Assembly (NCBI GenBank): GCA_965209085.1
Contig: OZ242376.1
Location: 96,001 to 160,000 of the forward strand
Direction of reading: 5' to 3'
DNA from: Nitrosopumilaceae archaeon
Lineage (GTDB): Archaea > Thermoproteota > Nitrososphaeria > Nitrososphaerales > Nitrosopumilaceae
DNA length: 64,000 nucleotides
Part shown: piece by piece, positions 28,844 through 39,045 of the stretch
Position numbering within the stretch: position 1 is the first letter of the stretch
How the letters are laid out: every line of letters starts with the position of its first letter
Translations under genes and position numbers: made by a program
The notes under the pieces: generated by a model
The model's input: the letters and a program-made list of their open reading frames with translations, nothing else
Told to the model about the DNA's origin: nothing
Databases searched by the model: none

Positions 28844-31615
28844 GTGACCATAACTGGTACCATGATGAGGATAATCCCCATACTATTCTTATTGACTGTG
28901 GCAGTACCTGCATCGGTCTTGGCACATCCGTTTACCGAGATAACCGTGCCAGAGCAGTTCTCAAACGCTCCGGAAGGAACGGATCGCATAATAGTTACAT
29001 ATTCTGAAGCCATCGAGATTGACTTTAGTTCCCTAAAGGTGTATGATGGTGGAGGATTACAGATAGACGAACGCAATACCGCATATTATGACGGTATCAA
29101 CTCACTTGTGGTCACCACCAAACCCCTCAAAGAAGGCGTGTATACGGTTACAAGCAAAGTGCTCTCACGAGTGGATGGGCATCTGGTAAATTACGCGTTT
29201 GTTTTTGCCGTGGGGGGCGCAAAAATTGATCCAGCACTTTTGGATGATAAACCCAATGCGGAACTTGTCTATTATCCTGAAGCTGCTGCAATAGTTCCAG
29301 GATACATTGGACAGACTATGATACTGGGAGGAGTTATCATGTCGTTTTTTGTATGGAAATTGTACAAAGGAAAAATCGATGATGCAGATCTAATTGAAAA
29401 ATATCGCGGAAAATTCATGTCGTTTACGGGGGCAGGTCTTATTGCAGTGCTAGCTTCGGACATATTCGTACTTGCAGTGCACAGCTTTAGGCTTGAAGTT
29501 GGGGCATTGGATTCATTACAGACCACGTTTGGAGCTACATGGATCCTAAGATTTTCCATTACCATAGCCATGTTAAGTCTGTGGTTTGTAATGGAAAAAA
29601 AGACAATTTTCTCGCGTAAAAGTTTTGTTCCCCTGCTGATACTCTCCCTTATTCTAGTTGCTACCACCACAATGACGGGACACGCAACGGCAAGCGAGAA
29701 TACAATTGCCATGGTTCTTGACTATATGCATAATTTAGTTGCGGCAGTTTGGATTGGCGGTGTAATTTTTCTAGCATATTGTTTGTTTCCGGCATTAGTT
29801 GATTTACCAAAGACTGCGGTTGCATCTATTCCGCAATTTTCCATAATTTTTATAGCCGCGTTGGGAGTACTCATAGTTACAGGACCGTCATTGTTGTGGC
29901 TGTTAGAAGATGATCTAGATTCAGTCGTTTCATCCACATACGGCGTGTTAATAGCAATAAAAATAATTATTGCATCTGCCATGATAATAATGGGGGCATA
30001 TGCACAATTTTTTGTACAAAAAAAACTCCGTTCAGGCAAATGGAACAGTCATTTTGCATACAAGAAACTGCAAAAATCATTGCGTATGGAAGCTGTACTA
30101 GGATGCGTTCTTCTTATAGCTGTGGCATTGCTTGTAAACGGAACCCTTCCTGCCGGGGAAGTTTCCGCACTAAAAACTGATCAGAGCGTTTCGTACGGAC
30201 TGCAGACAACGGAGTTTGCCGGCGATCTGCGGTTTGAAATGGACATATTCCCGTATACAAGCGGAAACAACGTCATATCCGTATCCGTTACGAATCTAGC
30301 CGGTGAGCCGGTAGAAGATCTTGATAAAATAAAAATCAAAATATCAAACCCTCAGCGTGGAATTTCTCCTATTACCATAGAACAAAACTCTCAGGACACA
30401 AGCAGTTTTGAAGGAGAGGCTACGTTTGGATTTGCCGGAGAATGGCAGCTGGAAATTGAAGCACAAAGAACATCTAGCGCAAATGAAGCTGTATCGGTAT
30501 TTTTGAACATTAAACCTAGATTAGACGCGATAAAAACAGAAATTACCGAGTTTGAGCTGCCTAAAACCTCTCAACCTCTTTACGTGATATATGGATCAGA
30601 TGACAATGTCTGGCTTAGTGATCCGACGGCACCAAGAATATGGAAATTTTCTACACAAAACGAAGAATTTTCCGAATATGTGCTAGAAGGTAATTCTACC
30701 ATTACCTTGGAAGAGGATGCAAATGGTCTAATTTGGTTTACGGATATAAAATCTGGCACCATCGGCTCACTCAATCCGGATAATGGCACGGTACAAACAT
30801 TTACTTTACCAAAATTATATCCGTTAACACAAGACAATTTTCCCATATCGCTGGAATCACATGAGGGAAAGATATGGGTAACTGTCATAAACAAAAATGC
30901 AATTTTAAAACTTGATCCAAAATCCGAATCTTGGGAAGAGTTTATACTTCCAACTGAAAACTCTGGCCCGTTTTCACTTAAAGCTGATAATACGGGAAAA
31001 CTTTGGTTTACACAACAGTCGGTTGGACAGCTTGGTTTTATCGATATGAAAAGCGGAAATATTGTTGAATTGAATTTGGAAACATTGGTGGTTCCTGAGA
31101 CCATAACAGTTGGTAAAGACGGTACTATATGGGTGGCAGAACACGGAGAAGGTGGCGGAATAGCTGTCTATAACCATGTTTCAGGAACGCTCAAAAAAAT
31201 TCCTTCTCCATCATATTCGGCACTTGCAAACAGCGCAGTTTTTGACAAATATGGCAACGTCTGGTTTGCACAGCATACGGTTGATAATCTGGCAGTATAT
31301 GATCCACAGTCAGGGGCAGTCATGACCGTACCCATACCTACAAACCAATCGTGGGTACAATTTACAGCAGCTGGAACGGACGGTGATATCTGGTTTGTAG
31401 AACAAAATGCAAACAAATTGGGCAGGATGATCGTTTCCGAAGGAATTCCATCAGGTCCTGCTCCACAGCGTCAATCACAAGAAGGAACATCTAATCTTGC
31501 AACAGTTGCAGGTCCTCTTATGGCCGCGGGCATGGTGGCAACTTCGCTCTTTTTTGTAAAAGCAGTACATGACAAAAGAAAAACTGATCTTCTATTCAAA
31601 AACGGATCATTCTAA
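28844..31615 (+). CDS. CopC/CopD copper protein fused to YtkA-like and Vgb-like beta-propeller domains
   Basis: AHP N-terminus, VLSRVDGH (CopC); GHA, H..AAVWIGG (CopD); repeated G..WF propeller blades. Confidence 0.88.
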   Translation: MTITGTMMRIIPILFLLTVAVPASVLAHPFTEITVPEQFSNAPEGTDRIIVTYSEAIEIDFSSLKVYDGGGLQIDERNTAYYDGINSLVVTTKPLKEGVYTVTSKVLSRVDGHLVNYAFVFAVGGAKIDPALLDDKPNAELVYYPEAAAIVPGYIGQTMILGGVIMSFFVWKLYKGKIDDADLIEKYRGKFMSFTGAGLIAVLASDIFVLAVHSFRLEVGALDSLQTTFGATWILRFSITIAMLSLWFVMEKKTIFSRKSFVPLLILSLILVATTTMTGHATASENTIAMVLDYMHNLVAAVWIGGVIFLAYCLFPALVDLPKTAVASIPQFSIIFIAALGVLIVTGPSLLWLLEDDLDSVVSSTYGVLIAIKIIIASAMIIMGAYAQFFVQKKLRSGKWNSHFAYKKLQKSLRMEAVLGCVLLIAVALLVNGTLPAGEVSALKTDQSVSYGLQTTEFAGDLRFEMDIFPYTSGNNVISVSVTNLAGEPVEDLDKIKIKISNPQRGISPITIEQNSQDTSSFEGEATFGFAGEWQLEIEAQRTSSANEAVSVFLNIKPRLDAIKTEITEFELPKTSQPLYVIYGSDDNVWLSDPTAPRIWKFSTQNEEFSEYVLEGNSTITLEEDANGLIWFTDIKSGTIGSLNPDNGTVQTFTLPKLYPLTQDNFPISLESHEGKIWVTVINKNAILKLDPKSESWEEFILPTENSGPFSLKADNTGKLWFTQQSVGQLGFIDMKSGNIVELNLETLVVPETITVGKDGTIWVAEHGEGGGIAVYNHVSGTLKKIPSPSYSALANSAVFDKYGNVWFAQHTVDNLAVYDPQSGAVMTVPIPTNQSWVQFTAAGTDGDIWFVEQNANKLGRMIVSEGIPSGPAPQRQSQEGTSNLATVAGPLMAAGMVATSLFFVKAVHDKRKTDLLFKNGSF

Positions 31616-32939
31616 ATCTGCTTAATACTGCCGATGTTGTAATTGCTATTGCAAGCACCAACAACGGTGCTCCAAGCTCTGGAATAACGACCACACCAAA
31701 TTCTGTTTCCTGTCCGGTCCCACGTATGTCCTCAAAGCGTATTACGGTCGGCCCGGTCTGTCCTTTGGCAAAAGTATATTCTTCATAATCTCCTCCAACT
31801 ATCGCCGTGCCTGATGTTTTGTATATCTCATTACCTGACTGTATTATTATAAAATCATATGATGAATGCCTCAGAGGTTCCCCTGTAGATCCATCTCTGA
31901 TTGTAAAAATGAATTTGGTCTTTTCTTCCTGGGATATTTCAAGAGGTACCCATGACAGATCGATCTGAAATTGCTCATCACGCGTGGTTGCAATAAAGGG
32001 AAATTTTATCTTATCGCTTATATCCAAAGTAAATGCAATCTCATCGGATATTTTATCTGTTTTTTCCATGATATTTTTTATATATTGCAGGTGATCTCCA
32101 AGTAAAACAAAGTGTATGATTCGATAGTCTTCCTTTGTATAATCGTCTATGATAATTGAGGATTTAAAAAGATCTATGCCATTGGCGGTACCCGTATATC
32201 CTGGACTATAAAATTCTGTAAAATTCTTTGGAAATCTAACTTCTATGTGAACCACGGGTATGTGTGATATCGTTCCATCGTTCCAATCAAAAGGAATTTG
32301 TAGATAAACTCGTTTTTCTTTATCATCATATTCAAAATCTGTTACAATATCAAAATATGAATGTGTTTCAAATTTTACAACATCTCCGTTTGAATCATGT
32401 ACCATATGCGTGGCATCTTCTGCAACGCTTACATCAGTCCGAAATATTTTATCACCATCCAATGATCCGTTTATCCACAAAGCATTCTCCACACCAATTT
32501 TAAACGTGTACAAACCTTTCAAACCAAGTCCTTCCCCCTTTAGAATAATTTCATCATTGTCTTTGGAACTCCATACGCCAGTAAATTCATCAAAAACCCC
32601 GTCGATTTTAACTGATTCTTTTCCTGGTTCCATTACAAATCTTAAAACACCTTCAGGCGCAAGAAAACGTTCATGCAGCAAACTTTTTCCATCACGCTGT
32701 AATTCTACAAGAAGCGTAACATCACCCACCGTTTTCTCAGAATTTCTTTCTAATACCATTATGATGACTTTTTCCTCTCCTGCAACATTTGTTATTTCTG
32801 TGGATATCTGGATTTTTTTATCTCCAATTTCAACAATTCTGGCAGTATCGATATCTATGCCGTGACCCCATGCGATCCCAGGTGACAAAATCAGTAATGT
32901 GGTGGTAACTAGCATGACATATGATAAAACGTGTCGCAT
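31596..32939 (-). CDS. secreted PEFG-CTERM-type protein
   Basis: Signal peptide, HG start, VIPELG plus TM; paralogous to 24645-26288. Confidence 0.8.
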   Translation of the reverse strand: MRHVLSYVMLVTTTLLILSPGIAWGHGIDIDTARIVEIGDKKIQISTEITNVAGEEKVIIMVLERNSEKTVGDVTLLVELQRDGKSLLHERFLAPEGVLRFVMEPGKESVKIDGVFDEFTGVWSSKDNDEIILKGEGLGLKGLYTFKIGVENALWINGSLDGDKIFRTDVSVAEDATHMVHDSNGDVVKFETHSYFDIVTDFEYDDKEKRVYLQIPFDWNDGTISHIPVVHIEVRFPKNFTEFYSPGYTGTANGIDLFKSSIIIDDYTKEDYRIIHFVLLGDHLQYIKNIMEKTDKISDEIAFTLDISDKIKFPFIATTRDEQFQIDLSWVPLEISQEEKTKFIFTIRDGSTGEPLRHSSYDFIIIQSGNEIYKTSGTAIVGGDYEEYTFAKGQTGPTVIRFEDIRGTGQETEFGVVVIPELGAPLLVLAIAITTSAVLSRFRMIRF

Positions 32940-32953
32940 ACTGCAAAATACGG

Positions 32954-33880
32954 CTATATGCCGCCCTCGTTTAACAATAGGGACAAAAGAGCTGCTCTTG
33001 TATATATGCCATATTCTGCCTGTTTGAAGTATTTTGCATGCGGTGTTGAATCTACGTCAGATGATATCTCGTCAACTCGGGGAAGCGGATGCATGATTAT
33101 AGCATCGTTTTTCATTTTTTTGAGCATGTCAAGACCAATTATGTAGCTACCCCTGACTTTGAGATATTCTTCTGCATCGGGAAATCTTTCTTCTTGTATC
33201 CTTGTAACATATACAACATCCAAATCATCAATTCGTTCTTCAAGGTTGGAGGATTCTGTAAATGAAATCTTTTTCTTTATCTCATATACGGAATCAGTAC
33301 GTATTCTCAAGGATTCTGGAGATATTAAATGTACTTTTACATTATAATTTCCAAGTGCTTGTAATAACGAATATACGGTACGACCATATTTCAGATCTCC
33401 AATTATGCCGATTGTCAGACCGTCGATTTTACCTTTTTCACGGCGTATCGTAAACAAATCTTGTATTGCTTGTGTGGGATGTTCTTCTGTGCCACTTCCA
33501 CCGTTTATCACAGGTTTTGGGGAAACATCCGCGGCAAATCTGCTTGAACCGTCTAGTGGATGACGCATTACCAATACGTCCGAATAAATTGACATCATTC
33601 TTACCATGTCGGAAAGACTTTCTCCTTTTTTTGCTGATGATGATGCAACATTTGATATTCCCAATGAAGTACCTCCAAGAAGCGCTATTGCAGATTTAAA
33701 ACTCAGACGTGTTCTAGTACTAGGTTCCAAAAAAAGATATCCAAGTATTTTCCCTCTGGCCACTTCACGTCGTTTTGCTGGATCCATGTCCATAATACGT
33801 TCTGTCGTATCAAAGATGGTCTCAAAACCATCTTTGTCTATGTTACGTACCGAAATTATGTCTTTTTGATAAAACTCCAT
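32954..33880 (-). CDS. pyrB: aspartate carbamoyltransferase catalytic subunit
   Basis: EPSTRTRLSF, HPTQ, GDLKYGRT, RIQEER, MHPLPR. Confidence 0.97.
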   Translation of the reverse strand: MEFYQKDIISVRNIDKDGFETIFDTTERIMDMDPAKRREVARGKILGYLFLEPSTRTRLSFKSAIALLGGTSLGISNVASSSAKKGESLSDMVRMMSIYSDVLVMRHPLDGSSRFAADVSPKPVINGGSGTEEHPTQAIQDLFTIRREKGKIDGLTIGIIGDLKYGRTVYSLLQALGNYNVKVHLISPESLRIRTDSVYEIKKKISFTESSNLEERIDDLDVVYVTRIQEERFPDAEEYLKVRGSYIIGLDMLKKMKNDAIIMHPLPRVDEISSDVDSTPHAKYFKQAEYGIYTRAALLSLLLNEGGI

Positions 33881-33949
33881 TATAACACAAAACCAAGTAG
33901 CGTAATATACGACTTTTGCATCGTATTGGGCATGAAAACACTGTATAAT

Positions 33950-34027
33950 CGATTATATGCATAATTGATCAAATTCACAATTTTTACGAATAAAAATGAC
34001 TGATTTGAATAATTATGCATACGATCT
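33950..34027. mobile_element. 78-bp palindromic mini-element related to the IS110 ends
   Basis: 33957-34020 is close to the reverse complement of 61649-61712; bounded by AAT on both sides (33947-33949, 34028-34030). Confidence 0.7.
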
Positions 34028-34069
34028 AATGAAATAAACTCTTAACCTATAACTGTCTGTACGAATTAA

Positions 34070-34996
34070 ATGGTAGATCCCATATACACTGACGCATTAA
34101 TATACGCTAGTTTGCTTGCAATGCTGGCCATTGGACTTACATTGACCTACATTACAACTCGAGTGCCAAATTTTGCACATGCTTCAATAGCTATGATTGG
34201 CGCATACATTGCGCTCATTATTACAAGAATTGTTGATATTAATCCATACATTTCAATTCCAATATCATTTGTTGTTGCCGGTATGGTTTCTCTTGGATTA
34301 TACACGTTTGTACTAAAACCTTTGATACGTCGGAACGCTTCAAAAGCAATTCAAATGATATCTACCATTGCATTTGATCTGATCTTGATAGGAGTTTTGA
34401 ATGTGCTTGCCGATTATATTGTAACCACGTATAAAATACCATCTAGAGAATTTACACTTCGTGGATATGATTTAGCAGTAGGTGATGCCCCAATGATACT
34501 GATAGTTGCACCAATATTGATTGCTTCATTGGCGTTTGCATTACATATCATGCTTCGTAAAACAAAATTTGGAGTGTCTATGAGAGCAGCGATAGAAAAT
34601 CCAGATTTGGCACAGGTGGTTGGAATCAATATAAATATTATTTATGCGGTTTCATGGTTTTTGGGTGGAGCAATGGCTGGAGTTGCAGGAGCGTTAATGT
34701 CATTATGGTTCCAGGGAGATCCGAGTCTTGGAATTACCATAATGCCTAGCATATTTGCCGCAAGTATAGTTGGTGGATTTTCTAGCATATATGGTGCAAT
34801 AGCCGGAGGCATGTTGATAGGCCTAACGGAAATACTTGGAACTAGATTTCTTGCCAGTGAACTTGGTACGTGGATAATATCCTACCGTCCATTAATTCCT
34901 CTAATATTCATAGTTATTACAATAATGATCGCCCCCAATGGTTTGGCTGGCATAAAATTGAAGGAGGTTGCAAAACGCATTGGTATTAGAAAATGA
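34070..34996 (+). CDS. livH: branched-chain amino acid ABC permease
   Basis: AIGLTL.Y......NFAH, KTKFGVSMRA..ENP.LA..VGIN. Confidence 0.92.
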   Translation: MVDPIYTDALIYASLLAMLAIGLTLTYITTRVPNFAHASIAMIGAYIALIITRIVDINPYISIPISFVVAGMVSLGLYTFVLKPLIRRNASKAIQMISTIAFDLILIGVLNVLADYIVTTYKIPSREFTLRGYDLAVGDAPMILIVAPILIASLAFALHIMLRKTKFGVSMRAAIENPDLAQVVGININIIYAVSWFLGGAMAGVAGALMSLWFQGDPSLGITIMPSIFAASIVGGFSSIYGAIAGGMLIGLTEILGTRFLASELGTWIISYRPLIPLIFIVITIMIAPNGLAGIKLKEVAKRIGIRK

Positions 34997-36017
34997 AATC
35001 GTATTTTTTGCTGATTTGATGGCAATATATGCAATATATCTAATCATCAACACCAGCTTGAATTTGGAATTTGGCTTTGCTGGCATTCCAAATTTTGGTA
35101 AAGTTTTGGCAGTGGCAGCGGGTGCATTCGTCGCAGCATCAATTCCTGGAAGAATGTTGGTAGCGATGGCAGGAATAGAAGGTGATTATATACGGGATAA
35201 TTTTAGAATAATTTCCGAAGTTAACATATGGCTTGTAGATAATACTGGAATTGGCATTATCGTGTTTGTTCTAACTTTGGGGATAGCTGCAATCATTGGT
35301 AGTATAATGGGACTTGTTTCATCATATCCTGGAATCCGATTACGTGGAGATTATTTGGCAATTGTTTTACTAGCACTAGGCGAGGGTATACGAATAATTG
35401 GCAATAATTATGCCCCGCTTGTTGGAGGATCAATTGGAGTACACATACCTGATCCACTTTCATTTTTAGCAGGAGATTTGAGATTTCCAATTGCAACGGT
35501 GGCACTTGTAGGTATTGCGGCAGCAGTCTATCTATATGTGCGGCGTGTAACTAGATCCCCCCTTGGCAGATTGCTGAGATCTATAAGGGATGATGAAACG
35601 GCCGCCGAAGCTTTAGGTAAGAACATAAAATCAGCACGCATAAGAACCATCATGATGGCTGCGGCACTTGCTGCAGTTGGCGGAGCACTTTATGCGTTTT
35701 ATGTAGGAAGTACCATAGCATTTGCATACGATAGACTGAGCTGGACGTTTTGGCCGTTTGTTATGATTATAATAGGAGGTCTTGCTAACAACAAGGGCGT
35801 ATTAATAGGTACATTGGTATTTGTCACAATGCGTAAAGTAATAATTTACTTTAAAGAATATTTGGAAAATTTTGTCCCGTTTGACGTAATATGGTTAGAA
35901 TATCTTTTATTAGGAACAATATTGATTATAGTACTAATATACAGACCGCAGGGAATATTCCCAGAAAAACCAACCAAAACTCTACCAAATTCCAAAAAAA
36001 CTTGGTGGCGTAATTAA
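34968..36017 (+). CDS. livM: branched-chain amino acid ABC permease
   Basis: SLNL.FGFAG..NFG, RLRGDYLAI, SPLGR..R.IRDDE.AA.ALG, RPQGI; exact start uncertain. Confidence 0.92.
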   Translation: MQNALVLENEIVFFADLMAIYAIYLIINTSLNLEFGFAGIPNFGKVLAVAAGAFVAASIPGRMLVAMAGIEGDYIRDNFRIISEVNIWLVDNTGIGIIVFVLTLGIAAIIGSIMGLVSSYPGIRLRGDYLAIVLLALGEGIRIIGNNYAPLVGGSIGVHIPDPLSFLAGDLRFPIATVALVGIAAAVYLYVRRVTRSPLGRLLRSIRDDETAAEALGKNIKSARIRTIMMAAALAAVGGALYAFYVGSTIAFAYDRLSWTFWPFVMIIIGGLANNKGVLIGTLVFVTMRKVIIYFKEYLENFVPFDVIWLEYLLLGTILIIVLIYRPQGIFPEKPTKTLPNSKKTWWRN

Positions 36018-36035
36018 CCGTCAAAAATGATTGTG

Positions 36036-36695
36036 TTATTGTACCTGTACTGTACCAATCATCCATGGATGGACTATACAATAATAGTCATACATGCCAG
36101 AATCCTCAAACGTATATTCAAATGTAGATCCTGAGAGAAATAAACTGCTGTCGAAAATACCATTATGGCCTTCTGATACAGTACCACTTGTCACAGTATG
36201 CGCGGATACATCATCGTTACTCCATGTTACAGTTCCACCAGAAATTACTTCTGCATTGAACGGTGCAAAACATTCGTTTGTTTTAGCACATGCGGGAGTA
36301 GCAGAACCTGAGGGTATTGATACAAACGCTGTGTCACCAACATCATTTTTTTCACTTTCCATCATCTCCTCTTCCATCATTTCACTTTCCATCATCTCTT
36401 CCATCATCTCCTCTTCCATCATTTCACTTTCCATCATCTCTTCCATCATCTCCTCTTCCATCATTTCACTTTCCATCATCTCTTCCATCATCTCTTCCAT
36501 CATCTCCTCTTCCATCATTTCACTTTCCATCATCTCCTCTTCCATCACAAAATTCTTGTTCATTTCAATCATGGATAATGGTACACCTGATGGTATGGAA
36601 TCCGGCGATGCGACAATTAATGCCAAAATACCTAAAACTAGAACGCCCATAATACTTGCTAAACCAATCTCAAATTTACCCATATCAAACTCCAT
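36036..36695 (-). CDS. membrane-anchored cupredoxin with Met/Glu-rich linker
   Basis: N-terminal TM; HTVTSG, YYCIVHPWM. Confidence 0.9.
   Translation of the reverse strand: MEFDMGKFEIGLASIMGVLVLGILALIVASPDSIPSGVPLSMIEMNKNFVMEEEMMESEMMEEEMMEEMMEEMMESEMMEEEMMEEMMESEMMEEEMMEEMMESEMMEEEMMESEKNDVGDTAFVSIPSGSATPACAKTNECFAPFNAEVISGGTVTWSNDDVSAHTVTSGTVSEGHNGIFDSSLFLSGSTFEYTFEDSGMYDYYCIVHPWMIGTVQVQ
36351..36547. repeat. coding tandem repeat of 12-15-bp units (MMEE/MMEEE/MMESE)
   Basis: Repeated TTCCATCATCTC and TTTCACT units. Confidence 0.9.
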
Positions 36696-36754
36696 TATTC
36701 AGGGTTTGATAAAGTTTAGGTATGCAAATGACAAATCATTAACGAACGAACGAA

Positions 36755-37066
36755 TTAATTTCCTTTGGAGTCTTCTAATTCTGCTATATCTCCAAGATTA
36801 TCGTACGCTACACGATTCTTATCGGTTCTGATACAATAATCTGATTTTGTCTTTTTGGCTGTTATTCTTTGACCAATAATCCATGATTTTGAGCTTTTTG
36901 TTATGGTGTGATATACCATGCCTTTTTTTATGTTGGATGCAACCATTGCCCTCTCTACAAGTTCACCTTCTTCAATAGCACCTCCGGTATCTTTGTGTTG
37001 TCGGAGAAGATTGATTTTGTGATCTGAACCGTAGGATACGGCGGATACTAGATAAACAACAGTCAT
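36755..37066 (-). CDS. DUF3892-like protein
   Basis: C-terminal IRTD.N....DNL..I motif. Confidence 0.6.
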   Translation of the reverse strand: MTVVYLVSAVSYGSDHKINLLRQHKDTGGAIEEGELVERAMVASNIKKGMVYHTITKSSKSWIIGQRITAKKTKSDYCIRTDKNRVAYDNLGDIAELEDSKGN

Positions 37067-37114
37067 CTCTACGGCATGGCGTTATTCACCTCGTTATAAA
37101 ATTAATGCGTGATC

Positions 37115-38467
37115 CTATAGATTTGTCACGTTTATTTTGTCCATAGACGGAATTTTGGCCAATTCAAATCCTTCTGGCCACTTTCCTGGCGGCACCGTGG
37201 CATCAAAACCGGTTTTGGCAGTTTTTAGTGTTTTTTGATTACTGGACGGATCCAAACTCGAACCTCTGATATTTTTGAGTATTAGTAGATCCTTATCAGC
37301 TTGGAATCTAGTAGCTAATGCATATTCAACCTCTACAGCAGAATCTGGATTAATGTCAGAATCAACTATTATGACACGTTTTAATGATCTGTGAATATTG
37401 AATGTCTCTTTGATGATTTTTTTTGGTTCGCCAGTCTTTGGTTTTTTTCCTAGCTGCACTACTGCGTGCATCCAGTTGGAACCCCCATCGGTAAGCGAAA
37501 CTCTGCATACTGATGAAAAAGATTTTTTTAACATGATATTGAGTTTTGCTTCCGCCGGCATGCCCATCAAAAGCCGGTGTTCTGCATATCCGGACAATAT
37601 GTCATGAAACAGTGGTTTGTTTCTAAAATACAATCTGTCCATCTCTATTACCGGTTGCTGACGTTTGTGATCATACGTCCGAAGCATTTCTACCATCCAT
37701 TCCGGGTGGGTTTTCTTATTCATGATGCGGCCTTCAATCACAATTTCTGCGCCGGAAGGAACGTACATTCCAGAATAAGGACATTTTGTAACTTCGAGAT
37801 TATTTCCTAAAAGTGCGTTGGCAATTCCCATCTCATCTTTGCCCCATTCTTCTTGGTATGCGCCAGCTATGGAGACGGCCGGATGCACTCCAATCGTAAC
37901 TGCTATGCGGAGATCTTCGCCGTGTTTTTTTGCATTCATAAAACATCTGTGTAGATGCCTGTCCTCGACCATTCTGATTGTCATATGTTTTTTATCTATG
38001 GGCATGATTCTGTGAAATGATGAATTTTGTTCTCCAGTTTCTGGGTTTTTGGCGTACACGATGGATGATGTAACAAATGGTCCAGATTCTTTTTCAAAAT
38101 GCTTTATCACAGGTAAAGCCGACAAGTCTTTGGAAGAATTTTCCATAAATTTGCCCGATTTTACAATCTTTGGTTTTTTACTTTTTTTGACTGCTGCAGA
38201 CATTGTTTTATGTATGTGTTCAGGGTTTGATCCAACTGCTTGGGCGAATCTTTTTCTTGTGCCAACCAAATTGGAAACTATGGAAAATTTTGAATTCTTG
38301 ACATTATTAAAAATTAGAGCTTCGCGGCCGTCAAATTTAGCAGTAATTGCGGCAATTTCATATTTTGTTGAAACTTGTTTTTTTATGATACGTACATCTT
38401 TTGTCTTTGATACAGACGCAAGATATTTTCTAAGATCAGACACTGCGAACCGCCTCTGCAATTTCAC
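37115..38467 (-). CDS. UbiD-family decarboxylase
   Basis: SDLR.YL, AEIVIEG, A.ATRFQAD.D, GSSLDPS, KTGFDAT. Confidence 0.92.
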   Translation of the reverse strand: MKLQRRFAVSDLRKYLASVSKTKDVRIIKKQVSTKYEIAAITAKFDGREALIFNNVKNSKFSIVSNLVGTRKRFAQAVGSNPEHIHKTMSAAVKKSKKPKIVKSGKFMENSSKDLSALPVIKHFEKESGPFVTSSIVYAKNPETGEQNSSFHRIMPIDKKHMTIRMVEDRHLHRCFMNAKKHGEDLRIAVTIGVHPAVSIAGAYQEEWGKDEMGIANALLGNNLEVTKCPYSGMYVPSGAEIVIEGRIMNKKTHPEWMVEMLRTYDHKRQQPVIEMDRLYFRNKPLFHDILSGYAEHRLLMGMPAEAKLNIMLKKSFSSVCRVSLTDGGSNWMHAVVQLGKKPKTGEPKKIIKETFNIHRSLKRVIIVDSDINPDSAVEVEYALATRFQADKDLLILKNIRGSSLDPSSNQKTLKTAKTGFDATVPPGKWPEGFELAKIPSMDKINVTNL

Positions 38468-38783
38468 CCATTAACATTTTTGCACATTCTGTATCAAGTT
38501 CCCGTGTGAAGTTTGCTGATACAACCGCGATACCATGCACGGAAGTACTTGTTCTTTCGGCTATCATCTTGAGAAATATTTCATCCTTTTTGGCAGGTAT
38601 TACCGAGGTTGTAGCAGGAATAGATCCTGTTGCCACTGAGACAAACATGGATCCAAGTCTTGGTCTGTTCTCGCCCTCTGAAATTGAGACAAATCTTCCA
38701 TTTTCAAAATCTATTATATGAATGGAAAATGTACGATCGATAACACGAACAATCTTTGATGAAAAATAATCCGATTTACTCAC
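38436..38783 (-). CDS. conserved protein (proteasome assembly chaperone PAC4-like)
   Basis: F.NG.F.SISE...RLGS..VS pattern. Confidence 0.5.
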   Translation of the reverse strand: MSKSDYFSSKIVRVIDRTFSIHIIDFENGRFVSISEGENRPRLGSMFVSVATGSIPATTSVIPAKKDEIFLKMIAERTSTSVHGIAVVSANFTRELDTECAKMLMGEIAEAVRSV

Positions 38784-38799
38784 GTTTAATGTGTGTTGA

Positions 38800-39045
38800 T
38801 TATACCTTTAAGGGTACTGCTGCCTCTACTTCGTTATTTGTCTCTTCTACTCTAGCGCGCAATTTTGCTTTGTATTTCAAATTGCGTGGTTTTGTACGAA
38901 GTCTGTATCCGCAACACGGACACCAAAGACCTTCCCATTTGATAAAAATCTCACAGATTTGACAACGTCTTTGCCCAGATGCGTATCTTCCAGTTCCAAC
39001 TGGTTTTTGTGCTTTGTATCTAATACAGATGCCTTTACATGTCAT
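38800..39045 (-). CDS. conserved thaumarchaeal zinc-finger protein
   Basis: CKGIC, RCQICE, CPCCG.RLRTKP. Confidence 0.85.
   Translation of the reverse strand: MTCKGICIRYKAQKPVGTGRYASGQRRCQICEIFIKWEGLWCPCCGYRLRTKPRNLKYKAKLRARVEETNNEVEAAVPLKV

Noticed and set aside
36094-36831. 245-aa Ser/Ile-rich ORF
   Set aside because: Antisense shadow of the Met/Glu repeat cupredoxin
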